Part shown: positions 31,788 through 43,418 of the stretch, piece after piece
How positions within the stretch are numbered: position 1 is the first letter of the stretch
Layout: the number at the start of each line of letters is the position of its first letter
Assembly (NCBI GenBank): GCA_965541615.1
Contig: CBEUCJ010000002.1
Location: 223,795-287,794 of the forward strand
Reading direction: 5' to 3'
From: an uncultured bacterium
GTDB taxonomy: Bacteria; Omnitrophota; Gorgyraeia; Duberdicusellales; CBEUCJ01
DNA length: 64,000 nucleotides
Notes under the pieces: generated by a model
Database searches by the model: none
Told to the model about the DNA's origin: nothing
Seen by the model: the letters and a program-made list of their open reading frames with translations, nothing else
Translations under genes and position numbers: made by a program

Positions 31788-34700
31788 TTAGAGTGTCAAG
31801 GAAAAGTTCTCTTCTCCTATTAACTCTGAAAGTTCTTTAAGTAAAGATTCATTTATTCTCACTCTTTGCTCTTCTACCTTTATCTTAATAAGTCTTAATT
31901 CAGGCCAATTAAAATGGAAATAAATCTCAGTATTTCCAGGATATTTAATAAATATTGACTTTAATTTTTTAAGAAAATCTTCATTACTCTCATTGAGAAT
32001 TATATCCAAAGACTTAATTTTTTCTAAAAATTCTTCTAAAGAAAATATCTTATCAGCTATCAATTTGGGTTCATCTTCTTTGAAATTCACCTTACCTTTA
32101 ACTACCACTATATTTTGAGAACGAATGTTTTTGGTGAACTCTTGATAGACTTTTGGAAAAGCAAACACTTCTATTTGGGATTGGGGGGTTTCTAATTTTA
32201 ATATAGCCATCTGTTCTTTGCTTTGTCTGGTGGAAGTGATTTTAATTATCTCTAAAATTCCACCAACAGTTATCTCTTCATTTTCTTTTAATTTATAAAC
32301 ATCATTTAAATTTACAGTACTTATCTTTTTTAAGCAAAGTTGATATTTTGATAAAGGATGACCTGTAACAAAGAAACCTAAAAGTTCTTTTTCAAAATTT
32401 AATAATTGTGTTTGAGGCCATTCTTCTATTTCAGGGAGTTCATCTTCTAAAGTATCTTTTTCCATAAAACTGAATAAAGATAACTGTCCTTTATTTTGAT
32501 TTTTTTGTTTTTTAGATGCAGATTCCAAAGTCTTATCTAAAATACTCATTAGTTGAGAGCGTTTTGCTCCTAGACTATCAAAAGCTCCACATTTGATCAA
32601 ACTTTCTATTACTTTTCTATTAACTGTTCTTAGAACTACTCTTTGACAGAAATCCTTCAAGGATTTAAACTTACCATCTTTATTTCTTGCACTTATAATT
32701 GCCTCTACAGCTGCTTTTCCTACGTTTTTTACTGCCATTAATCCAAACCTTATTTTTTTACTACCTGTAACTGTAAAATCTGCATATGATTCATTGATAT
32801 CTGGAGGTAAAATCTCAATACCCAAATTTTTGGCTTCAGTTATATATTCAACTAACTTATCTGTATTATTTTTTTCAGAATTAAGCAGACTACACATAAA
32901 TTCTGTACAAAAATTAGCTTTTAAATAAGCTGTCCTGTAGGAGATCAAAGCATAAGCTGTAGAATGAGATTTGTTAAATCCATAACCTGCAAAATATTCC
33001 ATCAAATCAAATATTTTCACTGCTGTAGCTTCTGGTATACCATTTTTAATACATCCTTCTATAAATTTTTTTCTTTGAGCTTCCATTTCTTCAGGAATCT
33101 TTTTAGAAATAGCTCTCCTTAAAATATCTGCTTCAGCTAAACTAAAACCTGCTAATTCTGAAGCTATTTTCATTACTTGCTCTTGATAGACTATGATTCC
33201 ATAAGTCTCTTTTAAAACAGGTTCTAATTTTGGATGAAGATAGCTTACAGGTTGTCGTCCGTGCTTTCTTTCTATAAAGTCTGAAACCATACCTGTGCCT
33301 ATAGGTCCTGGTCTATATAAAGCCAAACAATGAATTAGATCTGTGAATTTCTCTGGCTTTAATCTTCTTAACAAATCCCTCATCCCTGAAGATTCTAATT
33401 GAAACACCCCTATAGTCTTTCCTGCAGATAATAATTCATAAGTTTTTTTATCATCTAATGGAATACTTTTTATATCTAAATCTATGCCTCTCAATTTTTT
33501 TATCCACCTCAAAGTCTCTTCAATCAATGTCAATGTCTTTAAACCCAAAAAATCCATCTTTAATAAACCTAATTTTTCAAGTGGTCCCATAGAAAAACCT
33601 GTTGTAATTTCACCTTCTGAGGTTTTATATAAAGGGATGTAATCTGTTAAAGGTTTATCAGAAATCACTACTCCTGCAGCATGGATTGAAGCGTGTCTTG
33701 AGAGACCCTCTAATTTTTTGGCGATATCTATTAGCTGTCTTATCTTTGGATCTGATTCATAAAGAGCTCTCAATTGGGGTGTTCTCTGCAAAGCACTATC
33801 TAAACTAATGTTAGGTTCTGGAGGTATTAACTTTGCTATTCTATCTACCTCAGAATAGCTTAATCCTAAAACTCTTCCTACATCTCTTACCACAGCTCTT
33901 GCTTGTAAAGTTCCAAAGGTTATAATCTGAGCTACATTTTCTTTGCCGTATTTAGAAGCTACGTATTCTAAGATTTTGGGCCTCTTTTCATCACAGAAAT
34001 CTATATCAATATCAGGCATACTTACTCTTTCTGGATTTAAAAATCTTTCAAAAAGTAAACCATATTCTAAAGGATTTATCTCTGTAATCCCTAATAAATA
34101 ACTCACCAAACTTCCAGCAGCTGATCCTCTCCCAGGACCTGTGGGAATATTGTTTTCCTTAGCAAACTTAACTAAATCCCAAATTATCAAAAAATACCCT
34201 GCAAAACCTGTTTTTTTGATAACTTCTAATTCATACTCTAATCTTTTCAATACTTGCGGAGTAGGCTTAGGAAATTTTTTCTCTAAATTCTCATAACAAA
34301 GTTCTTTCAAAAACTCAAAAGGGCTTTTTTGAGAAGGTACAGGAAAGTTAGGTAAATGTAGTTCAGAAAACTCTATTTCCACATTACATCTCTCTGCGAT
34401 CTCTAAAGTATTGTTTAAACTCTCAGGGATGTCTTTAAATAAAGACCACATCTCTTGAGCAGATTTAAAGTAAAATTCATCTGTCCCAAATCTCATTCTT
34501 TTAGGATCAGTTAAAGTCGTTTGAGTTTGAATACACAATAAAACTTCATGGCTAAAAGCATCTTCTTGTTCTATGTAATGAACATCATTTGTAGCTACAA
34601 GAGGTATCCCTAAATCTTTAGAGATTTTTAAAAGTACTGAGTTTACTTTTTTTTGTTCTTTAAGACCTGTATCCATTAATTCTAAATAAAAGTTACCTTT

Positions 34701-35219
34701 GCCTAATATCTGATAGTAATCATCAGCTGTTTTATAGGCTTGGCTTATCTTATCTTCTAAAATTAATTTTGGTATTCTTCCTTTCAAGCAGCCTGATAAT
34801 ATGATTAATCCTTCCTTGTATTTTTGAAGAAGCTCTAAATCTATACGAGGTTTGTAATAAAATCCCTCTAAATAAGATAAACTCACTAACTTCAAAAGAT
34901 TTTTATAACCTGTGTTATCTTTTGCTAAAGCTACCAAATGAAAATTTGTATCTTCTTTTGATTTTAAACTTTGAGATCTATCAAATCTTGAAGTAGGAGC
35001 TTCATAGAACTCTACACCGATAATAGGTTTTAATTGACTAGAATTTGCCAAGATATAAAAATCTATTACTCCAAACATATTCCCATGGTCAGTAATAGCT
35101 ACGGCTTTCATATCTAAAGCTTTTGCTTTTTCTATAATTCTTTCCAAATGACAAGCTCCATCTAACAGACTATATTGAGAATGTAAATGAAGATGTACAA
35201 ATTCTTTTTTTACTCCCAT
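31788..35219 (-). CDS. dnaE: DNA polymerase III alpha subunit
   Basis: 1143 aa. [16 protein letters not shown], palm and fingers motifs, OB fold. Confidence 0.95.
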   Translation of the reverse strand: MGVKKEFVHLHLHSQYSLLDGACHLERIIEKAKALDMKAVAITDHGNMFGVIDFYILANSSQLKPIIGVEFYEAPTSRFDRSQSLKSKEDTNFHLVALAKDNTGYKNLLKLVSLSYLEGFYYKPRIDLELLQKYKEGLIILSGCLKGRIPKLILEDKISQAYKTADDYYQILGKGNFYLELMDTGLKEQKKVNSVLLKISKDLGIPLVATNDVHYIEQEDAFSHEVLLCIQTQTTLTDPKRMRFGTDEFYFKSAQEMWSLFKDIPESLNNTLEIAERCNVEIEFSELHLPNFPVPSQKSPFEFLKELCYENLEKKFPKPTPQVLKRLEYELEVIKKTGFAGYFLIIWDLVKFAKENNIPTGPGRGSAAGSLVSYLLGITEINPLEYGLLFERFLNPERVSMPDIDIDFCDEKRPKILEYVASKYGKENVAQIITFGTLQARAVVRDVGRVLGLSYSEVDRIAKLIPPEPNISLDSALQRTPQLRALYESDPKIRQLIDIAKKLEGLSRHASIHAAGVVISDKPLTDYIPLYKTSEGEITTGFSMGPLEKLGLLKMDFLGLKTLTLIEETLRWIKKLRGIDLDIKSIPLDDKKTYELLSAGKTIGVFQLESSGMRDLLRRLKPEKFTDLIHCLALYRPGPIGTGMVSDFIERKHGRQPVSYLHPKLEPVLKETYGIIVYQEQVMKIASELAGFSLAEADILRRAISKKIPEEMEAQRKKFIEGCIKNGIPEATAVKIFDLMEYFAGYGFNKSHSTAYALISYRTAYLKANFCTEFMCSLLNSEKNNTDKLVEYITEAKNLGIEILPPDINESYADFTVTGSKKIRFGLMAVKNVGKAAVEAIISARNKDGKFKSLKDFCQRVVLRTVNRKVIESLIKCGAFDSLGAKRSQLMSILDKTLESASKKQKNQNKGQLSLFSFMEKDTLEDELPEIEEWPQTQLLNFEKELLGFFVTGHPLSKYQLCLKKISTVNLNDVYKLKENEEITVGGILEIIKITSTRQSKEQMAILKLETPQSQIEVFAFPKVYQEFTKNIRSQNIVVVKGKVNFKEDEPKLIADKIFSLEEFLEKIKSLDIILNESNEDFLKKLKSIFIKYPGNTEIYFHFNWPELRLIKIKVEEQRVRINESLLKELSELIGEENFSLTL

Positions 35220-36748
35220 TCTATTGTGGAAGGAGGTTTTGAAGAGATATCATAAACTACTCTGTTTATACCTTTGACTTCATTTATTATCCTTGAAGCT
35301 ACTTTTTGCAAAAACTCATAATCTAATCTTGCCCAATCAGCTGTCATTCCATCAGTTGAAGTCACACATCTCAATGCACACACATACTCATATGTTCTTC
35401 TATCACCCATTACTCCTACACTCTTTACTGGTAAAAGCACACAGAATGCTTGCCAAAGTTTATCTATCAAATTTTCTTTCAAAATCTCTTCTTGTAAAAT
35501 AGCATCTGCTTTTCTTAAAATTTCTAATTTTTCTTTTGTAACTTCTCCTAAAATTCTTACTGCTAATCCTGGTCCTGGAAAAGGATGACGCATTAATATC
35601 TTAGAAGGTAAACCCAATCTTTTGCCCAATTCTCTTACTTCATCTTTGAATAATTCTTTCAAAGGTTCTATTAGATTCAGATTCATCTTCTCAGGCAGAC
35701 CTCCCACATTATGATGGGTCTTTATCTTGCAACTGGGTCCTCCATAAAAACTCCTCGATTCTATAACATCTGGATAAAGAGTGCCTTGTGCTAAATATTT
35801 TACATTCTTTATTTTTTTGGCTTCTTTCTCAAAGACTTTTATAAATAGATTTCCTATGATTTTTCTTTTTTCTTCTGGGTCTGTTACTCCTTTTAAAGCT
35901 TTCAAAAAATCTCTTTTTGCATCTACATATCTAACTTTGATCTTTAACTCTTTTCTAAAAGTATTTAGAACTTCTCTGGGTTCTGATTTTCTTAACAGAC
36001 CATTATTCACAAATATGCATTCTAATTTAGAAGGTACTGCTTTATGGACTAAAAGAGCTGTAACTGAAGAATCTACTCCTCCACTCAAAGCACAGATTAC
36101 TTTCCCTTTCTTTACTTTTTTTCTAATCTCTGAAATCTTTTCTTCCATAAAGTCTTTTAAGTTCCAGTTTGGAAAAGCATCACATATTTTAAATATAAAA
36201 TTAGAAAGAATTTGAATCCCCAATTGAGTATGATGGACTTCAGGATGAAATTGAACTCCAAATATTTTTTTCTTTCTATTACAGAAAGCAGCTATCTTTA
36301 CGTTATCAGTGTGAGCTAAAATCTGAAAGTCTTCTGGTAAAGTCTCTATTAGATCTTGATGGCTCATCCAACACATTATCTGAGAAGGTAATGTATAAAA
36401 AAGATCTTTGTGATCATCTATGTATAAGAGTGTTCTACCGTATTCAGCTTTTTTTGCTCTTTTAACCTTTCCTTTCAAAGTACAGATTATAATTTGAGCT
36501 CCATAACATATCCCTAAAATAGGTATACCTAATTTCAGTATCTCTTTATTTAATTTAGGGGCTGAGTCTTCATATACACTGTAAGGACCTCCTGAAAGAA
36601 TTATTCCTTTTGGTTCTAATTTTTTTATCTCTTCTATACTTGCATTAAAAGGTAACACTGCAGAATATACTTGTAATTCTCTTATCCTCCTACAAATCAA
36701 CTGTGTGTATTGAGAACCAAAATCTAAAATTAAAATACCTTGCTTCAT
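35210..36748 (-). CDS. guaA: GMP synthase (glutamine-hydrolysing)
   Basis: 512 aa. GATase Cys (GICYGAQ), PP-loop SGGVDSSV, C-terminal dimerisation domain. Confidence 0.95.
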   Translation of the reverse strand: MKQGILILDFGSQYTQLICRRIRELQVYSAVLPFNASIEEIKKLEPKGIILSGGPYSVYEDSAPKLNKEILKLGIPILGICYGAQIIICTLKGKVKRAKKAEYGRTLLYIDDHKDLFYTLPSQIMCWMSHQDLIETLPEDFQILAHTDNVKIAAFCNRKKKIFGVQFHPEVHHTQLGIQILSNFIFKICDAFPNWNLKDFMEEKISEIRKKVKKGKVICALSGGVDSSVTALLVHKAVPSKLECIFVNNGLLRKSEPREVLNTFRKELKIKVRYVDAKRDFLKALKGVTDPEEKRKIIGNLFIKVFEKEAKKIKNVKYLAQGTLYPDVIESRSFYGGPSCKIKTHHNVGGLPEKMNLNLIEPLKELFKDEVRELGKRLGLPSKILMRHPFPGPGLAVRILGEVTKEKLEILRKADAILQEEILKENLIDKLWQAFCVLLPVKSVGVMGDRRTYEYVCALRCVTSTDGMTADWARLDYEFLQKVASRIINEVKGINRVVYDISSKPPSTIEWE

Positions 36749-37905
36749 TTACCCATACCTACTCTTTGAACTACCTGGAAAATCTTGCCTTCTGTCTGAA
36801 TAGAAGGTGCTATTATCAGCTCAGCTTCATGCATTTCTTTTATAGTTCTGGCTCCTAACATTCCCATACATGTAGCTAAAGCTCCTACTAAATTCTGTGA
36901 ACCATCATCTGTATTTGCAGGACCAAATAGTATCTGTTCTAAAGTCCCTGTAACTCCTACATAGATTCTGGTTCCTCTAGGAAGATACTGGTGAGCAGTC
37001 GCCATTCCCCAATGATAACCTTTACCTGGAGCTTCTTTTGCTCTTGCAAATAAAGACCCTACCATTACAGCATCTGCTCCACATGCTAAAGCTTTACAGA
37101 TATCTCCTGCTCTTCTCATACCACCATCAGTAATTATAGGAATATACTTTCCTGTTTTTTTATAATAATCATCACGTGCTTTGGCAGCATCGATCGTAGC
37201 TGTAACTTGAGGTACTCCTATTCCCAAAACACCTCTGGTAGTACATGCAGCTCCTGGTCCTACCCCTACTAAGATTCCAGCAGGTTCAGCTTTCATTAAT
37301 TCTAAACAAACTTCATACGTAACACAGTTTCCTAAAATTACAGGAATCTTAATTTCTTTGCAGAATTTATAGATATCTAAGGGTTTGTAAGTAGAGGAAA
37401 AGTGTTTGGCTGTTATTACTGTTGCTTGCACTACAAAAAAATCTGCTCCTGCAGATTGAGCAATTGGAGCAAATTTTTCTGCATTTTGAGGCACACAACT
37501 TACAGCTGCTTTAACTCCTTGAGATTTTATCTCCTCAATTCTCTTTGCAATCAATGATTCCTTTACAGGCTCAGAATATACTCTTTGAATTACCTCTGTA
37601 GAATCTTTTACAGGAGCATTGATTATCTCTTCTATTACTTCTTCAGGATGCTCATATCTTGTTTGAATACCGTCTAAATTTAAGACTGCCAAACCTCCTA
37701 ATTTTCCCATAGTCACTGCAAATTTAACATCTACTACTCCATCCATAGCTGAAGCTAAAAAAGGAATATCGAATTTTGTACCTCCTAGTTCCCAAGAGGT
37801 ATCTACATCTTCAGGATTTAAAGTAACTTTACCTGGAACCAAAGCTATCTCATCAAAACCATAACATCTCCTTGCTCTTTTTTCTTTACCTATCCATTCT
37901 CCCAT
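36745..37905 (-). CDS. IMP dehydrogenase family protein without CBS domains (GuaB3-like)
   Basis: 386 aa. TIM-barrel IMPDH/GMPR motifs ([11 protein letters not shown], catalytic Cys loop), no CBS pair. Confidence 0.7.
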   Translation of the reverse strand: MGEWIGKEKRARRCYGFDEIALVPGKVTLNPEDVDTSWELGGTKFDIPFLASAMDGVVDVKFAVTMGKLGGLAVLNLDGIQTRYEHPEEVIEEIINAPVKDSTEVIQRVYSEPVKESLIAKRIEEIKSQGVKAAVSCVPQNAEKFAPIAQSAGADFFVVQATVITAKHFSSTYKPLDIYKFCKEIKIPVILGNCVTYEVCLELMKAEPAGILVGVGPGAACTTRGVLGIGVPQVTATIDAAKARDDYYKKTGKYIPIITDGGMRRAGDICKALACGADAVMVGSLFARAKEAPGKGYHWGMATAHQYLPRGTRIYVGVTGTLEQILFGPANTDDGSQNLVGALATCMGMLGARTIKEMHEAELIIAPSIQTEGKIFQVVQRVGMGK

Positions 37906-37958
37906 AATAACCTGCCTCCTTTTTAATAAGAATTATTTTAATTTAGAAATCAGACTTA

Positions 37959-39107
37959 TCAAGGAAGAAAAAGATTCTTATATTCTTGATAAGCGTATCT
38001 ATCGGTCATACCTGCTATATAATCACAGACTACTCTTTTAAGTTGAGTTCCTCTTTTAATCATATTTTGAAAGTCAGGTGGTAATTGTTCAGGATTTTTC
38101 TCAAAAGCATAAAATAATTCTTTTAAAATCCTCTTAGCTTTACATGCCATCCTTACTACTTTTTGGTGTTTATAAAGATTGAAAAATAAAAATTCTCTTA
38201 GAGGAGCTCTCAAATCTTGCATTTCTTTACTAAAACTTACTAAAAACTCTCTAAAGTTTCTAACTTCCTCTACATTTCTTATATTGAATTTTTTTAGCCT
38301 CTTTCTCGTAGTATCTATTAAATCTGAAACTTGCCAGTCAATGAGTCTTCTTATTATTAAGCGTATTTTTAACTTTTTACTTAAATTTGCATATTGAGAT
38401 TTTATTTCTTTCTCTGTTCTCTTATAAATCTCTAATTTTTTTAAAGAACTCTCTTCTAACATCTTATTTTTTAGACCATCATCTAAATCATGACTGTCAT
38501 AAGCTATCTCATCTGCTAAACTCACTATTTGAGCTTCTAAAGAGGGGTTCTTTTGTGGTTCATACTCTTCAATCTTATCACTAAATTCTTTAAAATTTGA
38601 AGAGTGTTTGGCTATCCCTTCTCTTACTTCCCAAGTTAGATTTAAACCTCTAAAATTAGGATACCTCTCTTCCAAAAATTCTACGACTCTCAATCCTTGC
38701 AAGTTATGATTAAAACCACCTTCTTCTTTCATCAATTCATTCAATATCTCTTCACCTGCATGGCCAAAAGGAGTGTGACCTAAATCATGAGCTAAAGCTA
38801 TAGCTTCTGTTAAGTCTTCATTTAATCTCAAAACTTTAGCAATCGTTTTTGCTATCTGAGAAACTTCAATTGTATGAGTGAGCCTTGTTCTAAAATAATC
38901 TCCTTCATGAATCAGAAAAACTTGAGTTTTATATTCTAATCTTCTGAAAGCTGCTGAATGTATGATTCTGTCTCTATCTCTCTGAAAACAAGTCCTATAC
39001 AGGTGTTCTGGTTCATAAAATTTTCTTCCCTTAGATTCACAAGATTTAGATGCATAAGGAGCTAAGAACTTTTTTTCAAATTCTTCCCATTCTTTTCTTA
39101 TAAGCAT
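37959..39107 (-). CDS. dgt: dGTP triphosphohydrolase-like HD phosphohydrolase
   Basis: 382 aa. FQRDRDRIIHS, HD motif HTIEVSQ...LAHDLGHTPFGH. Confidence 0.8.
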   Translation of the reverse strand: MLIRKEWEEFEKKFLAPYASKSCESKGRKFYEPEHLYRTCFQRDRDRIIHSAAFRRLEYKTQVFLIHEGDYFRTRLTHTIEVSQIAKTIAKVLRLNEDLTEAIALAHDLGHTPFGHAGEEILNELMKEEGGFNHNLQGLRVVEFLEERYPNFRGLNLTWEVREGIAKHSSNFKEFSDKIEEYEPQKNPSLEAQIVSLADEIAYDSHDLDDGLKNKMLEESSLKKLEIYKRTEKEIKSQYANLSKKLKIRLIIRRLIDWQVSDLIDTTRKRLKKFNIRNVEEVRNFREFLVSFSKEMQDLRAPLREFLFFNLYKHQKVVRMACKAKRILKELFYAFEKNPEQLPPDFQNMIKRGTQLKRVVCDYIAGMTDRYAYQEYKNLFLP

Positions 39108-39585
39108 CTTTTAAAAGTTTCTTTACACTTTCTAAACTTTGAGAGATAACTTTTGTATTTGAAATTATAGGTAAAAAATTTGCATCACCTTTCCAACGTG
39201 GGACTATGTGAAAGTGAAGATGCGATTCTAAACCTGCACCTGCAGATTTACCCAAATTTAAACCTATATTAAAACCTTCAGGATTTAAGGTTTCTTTTAA
39301 TAGCTCTATAGATAAGTTCAAGGTATAAAAGATATCTTGAACTTCTTGAAGAGTGAGTTTCTTTAATTCTTTTATATGTCTTTTTGGAGCTAACAAAAGA
39401 TGTCCATTATTATAAGGAAACATATTTAATAAAACTTTGGAAAATCTGGTCTGAAAAACAAAACTCTTAGTTTTAGGATTAGCTTTGCATATAAAACACC
39501 CTTTAGAAGGCTTAATTATATATTTATACCTCCAAGGAGCCCAAATTATATCAAATCCTTTTGATCTCTGCTTTGAATTTGCCAT
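39076..39585 (-). CDS. HIT-family nucleotide hydrolase or transferase
   Basis: 169 aa. Histidine-triad HLHFHIVPRW, APWRYKYI...CFIC N-terminal motif. Confidence 0.7.
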   Translation of the reverse strand: MANSKQRSKGFDIIWAPWRYKYIIKPSKGCFICKANPKTKSFVFQTRFSKVLLNMFPYNNGHLLLAPKRHIKELKKLTLQEVQDIFYTLNLSIELLKETLNPEGFNIGLNLGKSAGAGLESHLHFHIVPRWKGDANFLPIISNTKVISQSLESVKKLLKDAYKKRMGRI

Positions 39586-40042
39586 CTTCTACTTCTATTA
39601 TTCCAAAACTCTTGTAAGGAGCATAAATAGTATCTGTAGGACTGCCTGGATTAAAGAAAAAGATATCTTTATAATAACCTTTAAAAGCTCTGTGAGAATG
39701 TCCAAAAATAATAATATCTAAATCTTTACCTTCAAATTCTTTTAGGCAGTATTCAATTAAATCTTGAGGAGCTCCTCTTCCATGGATAAGACCAAATTTT
39801 ACTCCCTCAATCTCAAAAGTCCTTTTATAGGGAAGGTAATTCCTTATTTCTAAAGAATCCATATTTCCTGCTACACCTATAAGATTATATTTTTTTTCTA
39901 AATCTTTTAAAAAATCTTGTGAAACAAAATCTCCTGCAGATATTAAATAATCTGAATTTTCTAAGTAACTTTCTAACTCTTTTGGAAGCTCTTTAGCTAC
40001 TACTGGTATATGAGTATCTGAAATTACGATTATTTTTTTCAT
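39551..40042 (-). CDS. YfcE-like metallophosphoesterase
   Basis: 163 aa. MKKIIVISDTHIP, GDFVS, GHSH motifs. Confidence 0.75.
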   Translation of the reverse strand: MKKIIVISDTHIPVVAKELPKELESYLENSDYLISAGDFVSQDFLKDLEKKYNLIGVAGNMDSLEIRNYLPYKRTFEIEGVKFGLIHGRGAPQDLIEYCLKEFEGKDLDIIIFGHSHRAFKGYYKDIFFFNPGSPTDTIYAPYKSFGIIEVEDGKFKAEIKRI

Positions 40043-40518
40043 TCTAAGTATATTAAAGGATTTACAGGTTCAGTCCCTTTTCTAATCTCAAAGTGTAAAA
40101 CAGACTCTCCTGTCCAAGGATCTAACCCTACTTGAGCGATTACTTCTCCTTTTTTAACATACTTTCCTTCTTTTACAAAAACTTTACAATTGTTAGCATA
40201 TATACTCACTAAATCATTTAAATGTGAAATTATGATGGTCTTTCCAAATCCTCTTAAAGATCCAACAAAGACGACTTTACCATCTTCTACTGCTCTTACT
40301 AAAGCTTTATATTCAGTCTTTATATCGATACCTTTATTTAAACTATTGTTTTTAACCTGATTAAATGTGCCTATGACTCTTCCTTCTACAGGCCATAAAA
40401 ATTTTGATGTTACTAAAATATTTGAAAATTTAGAACGATCTTTTAAATATACTTTTTTTGTAGGTGCAATGCAACTAATCATAAATATACAGACTATATA
40501 TTTTAAAAAACCTCTCAT
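40039..40518 (-). CDS. M23-family peptidase lipoprotein
   Basis: M23 LytM-like C-terminal domain. The true start is ATG at 40516-40518 (MRGFLKYIVCIFMISC lipobox). The ORF-track extension to 40590 reads through tRNA-Gly. Confidence 0.7.
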   Translation of the reverse strand: MRGFLKYIVCIFMISCIAPTKKVYLKDRSKFSNILVTSKFLWPVEGRVIGTFNQVKNNSLNKGIDIKTEYKALVRAVEDGKVVFVGSLRGFGKTIIISHLNDLVSIYANNCKVFVKEGKYVKKGEVIAQVGLDPWTGESVLHFEIRKGTEPVNPLIYLE

Positions 40519-40533
40519 AAAATTAAAAATAAA

Positions 40534-40604
40534 AGCGGGCGAGGGGAATCGAACCCCCATCACGGGCTTGGGAAGCCCGGGTTCTGCCATTGAACTACGC
40601 CCGC
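40534..40604 (-). tRNA. tRNA-Gly (anticodon CCC)
   Basis: The reverse complement GCGGGCGTAGTTCAATGGCAGAACCCGGGCTTCCCAAGCCCGTGATGGGGGTTCGATTCCCCTCGCCCGCT folds as a cloverleaf. Anticodon loop TTCCCAA, discriminator U. Confidence 0.85.
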
Positions 40605-41890
40605 TTTCTTATCTTGCAACTCTCAGCTATCCTTAAAGAACAATACTTACCACACATAGTGCAGACATCAATTTCTTTTGGCTTAGAAGATTCTCTGTAC
40701 TCTTTAAATTTTTCTCTATCTAAAGATAATTTTTCCTGGAGCTTCCAATCTCTTCTTCCTCTTGCTTTAGAAATCTCAATATCTCTTTGAGAAATTTTTT
40801 TTCTTCTTGCAATAAAACTTGCATGAGAAGCTATCTTTGCACTAATTATGCCTTCTTTTATATCTTCTAAAGTAGGATGTCTTAAGTGTTCAGCAGGGGT
40901 CACCACACAGTAAAAATCAGCACCTTTCCATAAGGCTATTGCTCCTCCAATAGCTGAACCTATATGATCATATCCTGGAGCAATATCTAAGACAAGAGGT
41001 CCTAATACATAGAAAGGAGCTTCATCACATATCTTTTTTTCTAATATTACACAACTCTCTATTTGATGGAGAGGAACATGACCTGGTCCTTCAACCATTA
41101 CCTGAGCTCCTTTTTCTCTACATTTTTTGACTAACTCTCCTGCTATTAGAAGTTCAGTTAAATGTGCAGAATCTAAACTATCTTGCAAAGCTCCTGGTCT
41201 TAAAGAATCACCCAGACTTATTACTACATTATACTTCTTACAAATTTGAATTACTTTTTCAAAATATTTATAAAAAGGATTTTCTTTTTGAGTATGAGTA
41301 ATCCATTTGGCCATTAAAGCTCCACCTCTACTTACTATAGGCAAAAGTCTCTTACTTTTGTGTAAAATCTTAAGAGATTCTTTGGTTATGCAGGCATGGA
41401 TAGTAAAAAAATCTACACCTTCACAAGCTTGCTCTTCTAAAATAGAAATGAATTCTTCTTCTTTCACTTTAGTAAAATCTTTGTATCTTCTTTCTCCATA
41501 TACAGCTATCTCATACATAGGTACAGTTCCAACAGGGATGTCAGCAATATCTAATATTTTTTTTCTTATTATTTTTAAATTACCTCCTACACTTAAATCC
41601 ATAACAGTATCTGCTCCCAGTTTCATACTTAATTTGACTTTCTCTAATTCATCTTTTATCTGAGTCTCATCTGTGGAAGTTCCCACATTTACATTTATCT
41701 TTGGATACAAATCTTTACCTATACAACAAGGATTCTTAATATCGTGGACTTCGTTTTTAAGAAAGACTATCCTTCCTCTAATAATCTCTTTCACCAGAGT
41801 CTCTAAAGGTACATCTTCTTTTTTGGCTATTTTTTTCAAAACAGGAGGGATCTTATTTTCTTTTAATCTCTCTATTAATGATTTCTTCAT
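40595..41890 (-). CDS. thiC: Phosphomethylpyrimidine synthase
   Basis: 431 aa. ThiC radical-SAM-like C-terminal CTMCGKYCS. The stop codon lies inside the tRNA-Gly 5' end. Confidence 0.9.
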   Translation of the reverse strand: MKKSLIERLKENKIPPVLKKIAKKEDVPLETLVKEIIRGRIVFLKNEVHDIKNPCCIGKDLYPKINVNVGTSTDETQIKDELEKVKLSMKLGADTVMDLSVGGNLKIIRKKILDIADIPVGTVPMYEIAVYGERRYKDFTKVKEEEFISILEEQACEGVDFFTIHACITKESLKILHKSKRLLPIVSRGGALMAKWITHTQKENPFYKYFEKVIQICKKYNVVISLGDSLRPGALQDSLDSAHLTELLIAGELVKKCREKGAQVMVEGPGHVPLHQIESCVILEKKICDEAPFYVLGPLVLDIAPGYDHIGSAIGGAIALWKGADFYCVVTPAEHLRHPTLEDIKEGIISAKIASHASFIARRKKISQRDIEISKARGRRDWKLQEKLSLDREKFKEYRESSKPKEIDVCTMCGKYCSLRIAESCKIRKRA

Positions 41891-41895
41891 AATAA

Positions 41896-42525
41896 TTAAC
41901 TTGTTAATTTCTTTTTTAAGTCATTTAAAAACTTCTCAGGTTTTGCACTCCTGCAAAACTCTGAGAGTATAACAATATACCTTATTTTGTTTTCTGTCAA
42001 TACCTCTAAATTTTTTAAAGTTATACCTCCTATAGCAAAGACTGGATGTATGCTTAAATCTATAGCTTTTATAAGCCTTTTTACTCCTCGTGGTCTTAAA
42101 TTTTTAATAGGAGTCTTAAAAACAGGTCCAAAGCTTATGTAATCTATATTGAATCTATTACAGAATCTTACCTCTTCAAGAGTATGACAAGTGTAACCTA
42201 AAATACTATTTTTATTTAGTTTTCTTAAAGCTTCTTTTAACTCTACATCCTTTTTTCCAATATGGAGTCCACATTCTAAATCTTTAGCTATCGATAAAAA
42301 ATCATTGATTATAAAACATGTGTTTGATGTTTCTAAAATCTTCTTTATCTTTTTTGAAAGAGCATATACTTCTTTAATATTTCTATTTTTGGCTCTTAAT
42401 TGTACAAAATCTGCTTTATCTTTGCAGATTCTGGCTAACTCTAAAATTTTTTTATCTGATAAAAGATTTGTATCTAAAATTATATATATATTGTAATCTT
42501 TTAAAAATTTCTTTTTCCAATTCAC
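41896..42525 (-). CDS. thiE: Thiamine-phosphate synthase
   Basis: 209 aa. TIM-barrel ThiE motifs (IYIILD...VQLRAKN...GPVFKT). Confidence 0.85.
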   Translation of the reverse strand: MNWKKKFLKDYNIYIILDTNLLSDKKILELARICKDKADFVQLRAKNRNIKEVYALSKKIKKILETSNTCFIINDFLSIAKDLECGLHIGKKDVELKEALRKLNKNSILGYTCHTLEEVRFCNRFNIDYISFGPVFKTPIKNLRPRGVKRLIKAIDLSIHPVFAIGGITLKNLEVLTENKIRYIVILSEFCRSAKPEKFLNDLKKKLTS

Positions 42526-42951
42526 TTATTTTTTAAAAGAATCCTTAGAGAATAAAAGAATAGCGCATTTTTCTAAATCATATATTTTAAATCTTATCTT
42601 CTTAAATTCTTTACTCAAAGAATCTGACCTTACCTTAACAAACTCTTCTAAACTGCGAGCAGATTCCTTTGCTCTTTGAAAGTTAGCTATCAAAATCTCT
42701 TTTAAATTTTTCCTCTTTTTTTCCAAAATATCTTTTCCAATGTCAGAGTTTATATCTCTGTTTTTTAGAAGCTCTTCTAAGCTAAAATCCTTTTTGAATA
42801 TAAGATTCACTTTGTTTCTGAGATTCTTTATCTTCTTAAATATTTTTTCTTCTTTGTAATAAAATCTCATAATATCTTCACAAATCTTTAAAGCTTCTTT
42901 TAATCTATTAAAGTTAACATCTATTAACCTTAAAAGATTTTTATCCTTCAC
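42526..42951 (-). CDS. Hypothetical protein (141 aa, basic, alpha-helical) immediately upstream of thiE
   Basis: ORF with 0-nt spacing to thiE. No motif recognised. Confidence 0.3.
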   Translation of the reverse strand: MKDKNLLRLIDVNFNRLKEALKICEDIMRFYYKEEKIFKKIKNLRNKVNLIFKKDFSLEELLKNRDINSDIGKDILEKKRKNLKEILIANFQRAKESARSLEEFVKVRSDSLSKEFKKIRFKIYDLEKCAILLFSKDSFKK

Positions 42952-43414
42952 CTTTTATCCTCTTTATTATTTGAGTTGTGGAATGTCCTTTTAAATATTT
43001 AATTCTTTTAACTTTTCCTTTATAACTCTTAACAAAATCTGCTCCTACAATTTCAGATTCTTTCCAATCACCTCCTTTTACTAAAACATCAGGTCTTATA
43101 CTTTTTATAAGTCTCAAAGGAGTCTTTTCTTTAAAAATGACCACAAAATCTACCATCTCTAAAGATGCTAAAATCTGAGCTCTGGTATTTTCATCTTTTA
43201 TAGGTCTTTTTTCACCTTTAATTTTTTTAACTGAACTATCAGAATTTAAACCTATGATTAATACATCTCCTAACTTTTTTGCTTTTTTTAATAAATGGAT
43301 ATGTCCTAAATGCAGAATGTCAAAACAACCATTTGTAAAGACTATCTTTTTCTTTTCTTTTCTTATTTTAGAAATTTCTCTTTTTAATTCTGATAATTCT
43401 ACAACTCTTCCCAA
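42941..43414 (-). CDS. hldE: D-glycero-beta-D-manno-heptose 1-phosphate adenylyltransferase (HldE domain II / RfaE2)
   Basis: 157 aa. Cytidylyltransferase fold FTNGCFDILHLGHIHLL...GLNSDSSVKKIKG. Confidence 0.75.
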   Translation of the reverse strand: MGRVVELSELKREISKIRKEKKKIVFTNGCFDILHLGHIHLLKKAKKLGDVLIIGLNSDSSVKKIKGEKRPIKDENTRAQILASLEMVDFVVIFKEKTPLRLIKSIRPDVLVKGGDWKESEIVGADFVKSYKGKVKRIKYLKGHSTTQIIKRIKGEG

Positions 43415-43418
43415 AACT

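Noticed and set aside
37953-37995. 9-bp inverted repeat (CTTATCAAG...CTTGATAAG) spanning the dgt stop, considered as a terminator
   Set aside because: The loop is long (21 nt) and there is no downstream T-tract on the transcribed strand. The next gene follows with its own Shine-Dalgarno sequence about 50 nt later, so read-through transcription is more likely.
40519-40590. N-terminal extension of the M23 peptidase ORF (MAEPGLPKPVMGVRFPSPA)
   Set aside because: It is the translation of tRNA-Gly(CCC). The real start is the Met of the lipoprotein signal at 40518.
41921-41977. CTGAGA-like THI-box core, considered as a possible TPP riboswitch for the thiamine genes
   Set aside because: It lies inside the thiE coding sequence, on the strand opposite to the genes it would regulate. 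No flanking riboswitch stems are recognisable.
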